This document shows positions 55,990 to 64,000 of a DNA stretch of 64,000 nt, piece by piece. The DNA is taken from contig JACQAT010000009.1 of NCBI GenBank assembly GCA_016194865.1, forward strand, positions 86,473-150,472. The letters are read 5' to 3'. The translations under genes were made by a program, and so were the position numbers. A model generated the notes under the pieces. That model saw nothing but the letters and a program-made list of their open reading frames with translations, ran no database searches and was not told the DNA's origin. The stretch comes from Chloroflexota bacterium (GTDB taxonomy: Bacteria > Chloroflexota > Limnocylindria > P2-11E). Within the stretch, counting starts at the first letter, position 1. The number at the start of each line of letters is the position of its first letter.

Positions 55990-56489
55990 CAGAACGGGCT
56001 CTCCTGCTCGGTCGCGCCGCGCAGCGCGCGAGCGAGCGGGTACGCGATCACCGCCAGCGCCGCGGTGTAGACGGCGCCGGCGACGCTATCGAGCAGCAGC
56101 GCGGGGAGCGGCGGCAGCGGCTGGCCGACGAGCGCGAGGAGCGCGACGTACGCGAGCGACGCCGCGAGCGTGGCGACGCCGATCAGGCCGACCGCGGCGA
56201 GCACCGGCGTGCTGCGCGCGCTCGACCGCTCCCCCAGCCCGATGGCGGCGACCGGCGCGAGCCCCGCCGCAGCGAACGCGCCGAGCGGGCCGCCCGACAG
56301 CAGATCGGCGCCGAGGCCGCCGATGAACGCCCACCAGACCGCCTCCGACGCGCCCGCGGCCACCGACCAGGAGCCCGCGAGGAGCAGCGGGAGGTTCGGG
56401 CGCGCGGGGCCGATCGCGATGAATGGAGCCAGCGTGCCCTGCAGCAGGGCCGCCAGCAGCGGCAGCACGATCGCGAGCGCGATCCGCAC
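55989..56489 (-). CDS. mreD: Rod shape-determining protein MreD (probable)
   Basis: GTG at 56489 lies 4 nt after AAGGGAGGA. 166 aa with about five TM helices, immediately upstream of and overlapping mrdA by 1 nt. The assignment rests mostly on position and topology. Confidence 0.55.
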   Translation of the reverse strand: MRIALAIVLPLLAALLQGTLAPFIAIGPARPNLPLLLAGSWSVAAGASEAVWWAFIGGLGADLLSGGPLGAFAAAGLAPVAAIGLGERSSARSTPVLAAVGLIGVATLAASLAYVALLALVGQPLPPLPALLLDSVAGAVYTAALAVIAYPLARALRGATEQESPF

Positions 56490-56552
56490 GGATCCTCCCT
56501 TGCGTCGTCCTGCGGCGCCCGCCCGCGCCGCGATCACGTCGTGCCCCGCGGA

Positions 56553-57689
56553 CTAGGGGTGCGCGCTCTCGTGACCGATCGCACGACGTGGCTCGTGAAC
56601 GGGCTCTTCGACCGCGGCCATCTCCTGCTCCAACGCGGGGAACGGGTCCTCGTCGCGCAGCTTCGCGACGACGTAGATGATCACGAGGCGCAGCGTGGCC
56701 GCGAACGGCACCGCGAGCAGGATCCCGAGAAGGCCGAAGATCGCGCCACCCGACAGCAGCGAGAAGATCACGATCGCCGGATGCAGCCGGACGATCCGTC
56801 CGATGACGAGCGGGATCACGAAGTAGTCCTCGCTGTGGCGAAGCACCGTGTACATGATCACGACGACGCCCACGTACGCGATCTGCGACCAGCCGAACGG
56901 GTTCGGATGGCCGAGCGCGACGAGCGAGGCCACCGCGCCGGCCGTGATCGGACCGACGATCGGGATGATCTCGAGCACGCCGGTCATGAAGCCGAGCAGC
57001 AGGCTGTAGGGGACGCCCAGGACCGTGAGGCCGATCGTCGTGACGGTCCACATGATCGCGATGAGCGCGAGCTGGCCGCGCACGTAGCGGATGAGCAGCG
57101 CATTCACGTCGCTGAACAGCGGGAGGATCTCGTGGCGATAGCGATGCGGGACCAGCCCGCGCACCCAGGCCGCGAGCCGCGGTCCATCGCGCAGCAGGAA
57201 GAACGTCGCGATGAGGAACACCAGAAGCTGCAGCAGGAACTCGAGCAGACCGAGCGCGAGGGGCACCGCCATGCGCGTCAGCCCGCCGGTGAGGTCCTGC
57301 GCACGCTGGAAGATCAGATCGTCCGCTTCCGAGATGCCGACGTTCGCGAGCGCGTCCGAGACGACGAGCTGCGCGTTGGCGACCAGGGTCGGCAGCGATG
57401 ACTGCAGATCGGCCGCCTGCGCGGCGGCGAGCGGGAGCAGGAGACGACCGCCACCAAAAATAGTAGCTAGGAGCGCGACGAAGACGATCGTCGCCGCCAG
57501 ATCCCGGTGCATCCGCAATCGCTTCTCGAGCAGGCCGACCAGCGGGATCAACACGAAGGAGAGGATCGCGGCCCACACGAAGGGCTTCACGATCTCGCCG
57601 GCGTGCGTCAGGACAAAGAGAAAGAAGAGCGCGAAGGCCACGACGACGACGCGCTTGGTGGTCGGACTCCAGTGCGGTGAGCTGCTCAT
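56553..57689 (-). CDS. AI-2E family transporter (PerM/UPF0118)
   Basis: 378 aa, eight TM helices. Layout typical of the family (PFVWAAILSFVLIPLV...GVLEIIPIVGPI). Confidence 0.8.
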   Translation of the reverse strand: MSSSPHWSPTTKRVVVVAFALFFLFVLTHAGEIVKPFVWAAILSFVLIPLVGLLEKRLRMHRDLAATIVFVALLATIFGGGRLLLPLAAAQAADLQSSLPTLVANAQLVVSDALANVGISEADDLIFQRAQDLTGGLTRMAVPLALGLLEFLLQLLVFLIATFFLLRDGPRLAAWVRGLVPHRYRHEILPLFSDVNALLIRYVRGQLALIAIMWTVTTIGLTVLGVPYSLLLGFMTGVLEIIPIVGPITAGAVASLVALGHPNPFGWSQIAYVGVVVIMYTVLRHSEDYFVIPLVIGRIVRLHPAIVIFSLLSGGAIFGLLGILLAVPFAATLRLVIIYVVAKLRDEDPFPALEQEMAAVEEPVHEPRRAIGHESAHP

Positions 57690-58294
57690 CTGTTCTTGAG
57701 TGGATTATCCCTGAGTGCCTGGCCGACGGTGGGCATCTGACCGGCTCTCCAGGCCCGTAGATCACGGCGATGGGCCCAGATCGTGACGATCGCCGTCGCC
57801 GCCGCGTAGACCCGGAGCCACGCCGGTGGCTGCATGACGGCGAGGACCACGGCCAGCGTCACCATCGTCACGACCGTCGCGATGATGAATCGGCGGACCA
57901 CCACGAACGCGTTCACCGCCCACAGTCCGATCGCCGCGGCGGCCACCAGCGGCGCGATCCCGATGTAGCCCCCGAGCGTCGTCGCGACACCTTTCCCGCC
58001 CCGAAACCCCGTGAAGACCGGCGCGATCTGGCCCACGACCGCGCCGATACCAGCACTGGTAGCAGCCGCGGGACCGTCCCAGCCGGCTCCCGCCGTGACC
58101 GCCACGAGACCCTTCGCGAGGTCGATGAGGAACACCACCAGGCCCGCTCCGACGCCCGCGTGGAGTGCCAGATTGGTCGCGCCGGCGTTGCCCGTACCGA
58201 CCTCTCGCGGGTCAGGGGCGCCGATCACGCGGGACATCAGGACGGCTGTAGGAATGCTTCCGAGAAGGTATCCCAAAAGCGCTGCGAGGATCAT
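57686..58294 (-). CDS. plsY: Glycerol-3-phosphate acyltransferase PlsY
   Basis: Contains YLLGSIPTAVLMSR, GTGNAGATN and FRGGKGVAT. The stop overlaps the downstream start (ATGA). Confidence 0.9.
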   Translation of the reverse strand: MILAALLGYLLGSIPTAVLMSRVIGAPDPREVGTGNAGATNLALHAGVGAGLVVFLIDLAKGLVAVTAGAGWDGPAAATSAGIGAVVGQIAPVFTGFRGGKGVATTLGGYIGIAPLVAAAAIGLWAVNAFVVVRRFIIATVVTMVTLAVVLAVMQPPAWLRVYAAATAIVTIWAHRRDLRAWRAGQMPTVGQALRDNPLKNR

Positions 58295-58436
58295 CTACTG
58301 CAGCCTGAGCAGTCTATTGCAGCAGTTCTCTGTAGCGATTTGAAGCATTCTGGGATAGAATTCGACGTACGGAACAGCACTTTTTCAGCCTCCACACCAG
58401 GCTCACGATAGCGTTCCGCGCCGCTCACGATCGGAA

Positions 58437-58452
58437 TGTCGCACGTGAGGCA
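58437..58452. promoter_or_regulatory. parS-like site 1 (TGTCGCACGTGAGGCA)
   Basis: 12 of 16 matches to the TGTTNCACGTGAAACA consensus, including the central CACGTG. Part of an identical 17-mer, ATGTCGCACGTGAGGCA, that is repeated 57 nt downstream. Confidence 0.55.
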
Positions 58453-58493
58453 AGGCGCCTTCTGAGAGGCCCGTTGAACCCGAACTCACGTGA

Positions 58494-58509
58494 TGTCGCA
58501 CGTGAGGCA
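58494..58509. promoter_or_regulatory. parS-like site 2 (TGTCGCACGTGAGGCA)
   Basis: Identical copy of site 1, ending 9 nt before the parA GTG start. Confidence 0.55.
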
Positions 58510-58517
58510 CGACACCC

Positions 58518-59306
58518 GTGAAGACGATTTCCATCGCCAATCAGAAGGGCGGGGTGGGGAAGACGACGACCGCCATCAGCCTCGGCGCAGCCCTCGCGCA
58601 GAAGGGTCAGCGTGTCCTGCTCATCGATCTCGATCCGCAGGGAAACGCCACGAGCGGGCTGGGCTTCGCCCGCCAGCAGGAGCACGCCGCCTACGGGGTG
58701 CTGCTCCATGACCGCCCGCTGAGCGAGTCGGTCCAGCCGACCGCTACCACCAACCTCTACCTCCTGCCGTCCTCTCCCGAGATGGCAGGGGCAGAGGTCG
58801 AGCTGGTCCCCGCGATGGCGCGGGAGTACCGGCTCAAGACGGCGCTCGCGGCGTCGCCCTACGACGTCGTGCTGATCGATTGCCCACCGTCGCTCGGGCT
58901 GCTGGCGGTGAACGCGCTTGCGGCGGCGGACCTGGTGCTGGTTCCGGTCCAATGCGAGTTCTTCGCGCTCGAGGGCCTCGCCCAGCTCATGCGCACGGTC
59001 GAGGCGATCAAGCAGCGCCTCAACCCGGGGCTCGAGATCCTCGCGATCGTGCTCACCATGGCCGACGCACGCAACCGCCTGTCGATGCAGGTCATAGAAG
59101 AGGTCCACCGCCACTTCCCGCAGCTGGTCACCCGGGTCCGCATCCCGCGGACGGTCCGTCTCGCCGAGGCCCCCAGCCACGGCCAGCCGATCTCCGTCTA
59201 CGACCCGAGCTCACGCGCGGCCCAGGCCTACGCGGACCTGGCGCAGGAGCTCAGCATGCGGATGGCGGCGAGCCGACCGATCGCGATGGAGGCAGCGCTG
59301 CACTGA
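58518..59306 (+). CDS. parA: Chromosome partitioning ATPase ParA/Soj
   Basis: Deviant Walker A NQKGGVGKTTT, plus LLIDLDPQGNAT and VLIDCPPSLG. 262 aa. Confidence 0.93.
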   Translation: MKTISIANQKGGVGKTTTAISLGAALAQKGQRVLLIDLDPQGNATSGLGFARQQEHAAYGVLLHDRPLSESVQPTATTNLYLLPSSPEMAGAEVELVPAMAREYRLKTALAASPYDVVLIDCPPSLGLLAVNALAAADLVLVPVQCEFFALEGLAQLMRTVEAIKQRLNPGLEILAIVLTMADARNRLSMQVIEEVHRHFPQLVTRVRIPRTVRLAEAPSHGQPISVYDPSSRAAQAYADLAQELSMRMAASRPIAMEAALH

Positions 59307-60199
59307 TGGCACGAACAGGATTGGGGAGGGGACTCGACGTCCTCCTCGGACAGACGAACGCGACACCGACCACGTCTGCGACAGCGTCGATACCGGAAAT
59401 AGTTGCTCCCACGACGGAGATCCCGCTCGAGCGCGTCTCACCCAACCGCGCCCAGCCCAGGACGACCTTCGACCCCGAGCTGATCAACGGGCTCGCGGAC
59501 TCGATCAAGCGCCACGGCGTCCTGCAACCGATAGTGGTATCGAGGCGCGAGGACGGCGGCTACGAGCTCATCGCCGGCCACCGGCGCGTGCTCGCCTCGC
59601 GCGTCGCGGGCAAGACCTCGATCCCCGCGGTGATCCGCGAGGACGTGAGCGATCGTCTCGAGCTCGCGCTCGTGGAGAACCTCCAGCGCACGGACCTCAA
59701 CGCGATCGAGACCGCGCGCGCCTACAAGCTGCTGATGGAGGCCTACGACCTCACGCAGGAGGAGCTCGCGGAGCGGATCGGAAGGTCGCGCAGCGCGATC
59801 GCGAACACCCTGCGCGCGCTGCAGGCCCCACAGCTCCTGCAGGACGCGGTGATCGAGGGAAAGATCAGCGAGGGCCATCTGCGGGCGCTCGCCTCGCTAC
59901 CACTTTCGGTCGCTATCGCGGCGCTGGGAGACGTCCTCGCGCGTGGACTCTCGGTTCGGCAGGCCGAGGCGCTGGCGCGCAAAATGGTGAGACCGACACA
60001 CGGTCCACACGACCGGCGGCGGGCCCGGAGCACTGACCCGGAGCTGCGCGACGCCGCGGCGGCGCTACGCACCGCGCTCGGCACGAAGGTCGACATCACA
60101 CGGGGCCGGAAGGGCGGCCGCATCGCGATCGAGTTCTATTCGGCCGACGACTTCGAGCGGCTCTACGAGCTGCTCCTACGCGCCGGCACCACGTCGTAA
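59306..60199 (+). CDS. parB: Chromosome partitioning protein ParB/Spo0J
   Basis: The ATG overlaps the parA stop (TGATG). Contains GLGRGLDVLL, ParB box GVLQPIVVSR...YELIAGHRR and HTH LTQEELAERIGRSRSAIANTLR. Confidence 0.92.
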   Translation: MARTGLGRGLDVLLGQTNATPTTSATASIPEIVAPTTEIPLERVSPNRAQPRTTFDPELINGLADSIKRHGVLQPIVVSRREDGGYELIAGHRRVLASRVAGKTSIPAVIREDVSDRLELALVENLQRTDLNAIETARAYKLLMEAYDLTQEELAERIGRSRSAIANTLRALQAPQLLQDAVIEGKISEGHLRALASLPLSVAIAALGDVLARGLSVRQAEALARKMVRPTHGPHDRRRARSTDPELRDAAAALRTALGTKVDITRGRKGGRIAIEFYSADDFERLYELLLRAGTTS

Positions 60200-62325
<2,126 letters not shown>

Positions 62326-62326
<1 letters not shown>

Positions 62327-62838
62327 TGGCACGACTCTCAGAGCTCGGCGTGGACTTCGACCACTGGTGCTTCGCCTGCGGTCGCAGGAACGCGTCCGGT
62401 CTCACGCTCGACTTCGAGGTGACGCGCGGCCGGGCGACGGCGCGCTACACGGGCACGCGGGAGCACCAGGGCTACGACGACACGCTGCATGGCGGCATCG
62501 TGACCGCGCTCCTCGACGAGACGATGGGCTGGGCGATCTTCCAGGCCGGCGTGTGGGGCGTCACCGCGCGCATCACCGTCACCTTCCGCGCGCCGGTGCC
62601 GCTCGCCGACGAGCTGATCGTCACGGGCGAGATCGGCCGCGAGAGCGGCCGTGGCATCTCCACCCACGGTGAGATCCGCCTCGCGCGCACCGGCGATCTG
62701 CTGGCCGAGGCCGACGCGATCTTCATGCCGATGCCGGAGGAGAAGCGCGCGGAGCTGTCGAAGCGCTACACGAACGTCGAGGACGCCTTCGCCCGCATCA
62801 GGAGCGCGATCGAGACAGAGGAGCTGGCACGCCGATGA
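62326..62838 (+). CDS. PaaI-family hotdog-fold thioesterase
   Basis: The GTG overlaps the gyrB stop (TAGTG). Contains a CFACG Zn-ribbon-like N-terminus and HGGIVTALLDETMGWA. It is inserted between gyrB and gyrA. Confidence 0.75.
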
Positions 62839-64000
62839 TCGAACAGCCGGACGGCCAGAAGGTTCTCGGCGTCGAGCTCCGCGACGAGATGCGCAAGGCC
62901 TACCTCGACTACGCGATGACGGTCATCGTCGCGCGCGCGCTGCCCGACGTCCGCGACGGGCTCAAGCCCGTGCAGCGGCGGATCCTCTGGGCGATGCTCG
63001 AGATGGGGCTGCGCAACGACCGGCCGTTCCGGAAATCCGCCGCGATCGTCGGCGAGGTGATGGGGAAGTACCACCCGCACGGTGACGTGTCGATCTACGA
63101 CGCGCTCGCGCGCTTCGCGCAGGACTTCACGATGCGCTACCCGCCCATCCAGGGACAGGGCAACTTCGGCTGCTTCTCCGGCGACACGCTCGTCGAGCTC
63201 GTCAGCGGCGAGCACAAGAGCTTCGCGGAGCTCGTCGACCTCATCGCGAAGGGCGTGCGCTGCGAGATCTTCACGATCGACGCGCACCGCAACATCCGCA
63301 TCAAGCCGGTGCGCTCGCCGCGACTGGTGCGTCGCAACGATCCCGTCATCAAGGTGACCCTCGCGACAGGGCAGGGGATCGTGTGCACGCCGGATCACCG
63401 CTTCATGCTCCGCGACGGGAGCTACCGCGAGGCTCGGCTGCTCAAGCCGGCCGACAAGCTGATGCCGTTCTCACGCTCGGCGATCCCCGAGCGCCTGCAC
63501 CGCACCGGAGCGTTCCCGGTCCCCGCGAGCCTGTCGGCCGCGGTGCAGTCCATCGAGCCGGCCGGCCGCGCGGACGTGTACGACCTCTCGGTCGACGTGA
63601 CGCAGAACTTCGCGCTCGCGGCCGGCGTGTTCGTGCACAACTCGATCGACGACGATCCCCCGGGGGCCATGAGATATACCGAAGCACGGCTCGCGGCGAT
63701 CTCGAACGAGCTGCTTGCGGACATCGAGAAAGAGACCGTCGACTGGATGCCGAACTACGACAACCGGCACCAGCAGCCGACGGTGCTGCCCGCGCGCCTG
63801 CCGAACCTGCTCGTCAACGGCTCCGTCGGCATCGCCGTGGGCATGGCGTCGAACATCCCGCCGCACAACCTGCGGGAGGTCGCCGAGGCGACGAAGCGCC
63901 TCATCGACGATCCCAGCCTCACGAACGACGACCTCTGCGAGACGATGCTCGGTCCCGACTTCCCGGGCGGCGGCGTGATCTTCCGCTTCGACGAGCAGCG
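62835..64000 (+). CDS. gyrA: DNA gyrase subunit A, intein-containing (3' end outside window)
   Basis: ATG at 62835 overlaps the upstream stop (ATGA). Extein sequence: [47 protein letters not shown] | intein | [42 protein letters not shown]. The frame is open to the window end. Confidence 0.93.
   Translation, partial: [388 protein letters not shown]
63171..63641 (+). other. Mini-intein (157 aa, no homing-endonuclease domain) within gyrA
   Basis: Starts [10 protein letters not shown] (block A). Block B is TPDHRF. Ends [23 protein letters not shown] and is followed by the +1 Ser. The flanking extein reads GNFG|SIDDD, which is contiguous in intein-free GyrA. Confidence 0.88.

Noticed and set aside
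58390-58396. A single inverted TGTGGAG (CTCCACA) in the AT-rich parA upstream region, considered as evidence that this spacer is oriC.
   Set aside because: One degenerate DnaA-box-like heptamer is expected by chance. dnaA and dnaN are not in the window, and oriC cannot be called without replicon-wide skew data.

Overview
High-GC (about 70% by eye) bacterial chromosomal segment, densely packed with housekeeping genes. Many neighbouring genes share 1-4 nt start/stop overlaps (ATGA, GTGA, TTGA). I found no transposase, integrase, CRISPR array or recognisable defence or prophage module, so this reads as core genome rather than an accessory island. Gene content in order:
- Two tandem DnaB helicase genes, rplI, a short MscS-like channel, and lexA-dinB with a Cheo-type SOS box.
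- Two M23 peptidases, tRNA-Asp, a large Thr/Ser-rich secreted protein, an amidase, an A-type Fe-S carrier, and HD and LuxR proteins.
- A KGG-repeat stress protein, an RlpA-like protein, a sortase-like protein and an M24 peptidase.
- An eight-gene nuo operon (A-C-H-J-K-L-M-N).
- obg-nadD-rsfS, two tRNA-Ala genes, an aldehyde dehydrogenase and an OmpR/HK two-component pair.
- An NHEJ neighbourhood (ligD, ku, a second ligase), pyrG, a transaldolase, holA-comEC-comEA and a T-box-controlled leuS.
- mreD-mrdA-rodA, plsY, parA-parB, gyrB, and gyrA interrupted by a mini-intein.

The observations most worth a second look:
- The compact nuo operon has no nuoB, nuoD or nuoI.
- Six phased TGTGGAC (DnaA-box-like) repeats sit downstream of dinB.
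- The two DnaB paralogs are translationally coupled.
- The GyrA mini-intein is inserted at NFG|S.
- The sortase-like protein has Ser in place of the catalytic Cys.
- The radical-SAM-like gene coupled to obg lacks the canonical CxxxCxxC motif.
- The leuS T-box leader directly abuts a tRNA-Ala gene.
- Two identical parS-like sites lie in an AT-rich spacer before parA.

The window does not show a clearly new multi-gene system. All calls rest on reading the translations and the DNA by eye; no database search was run.
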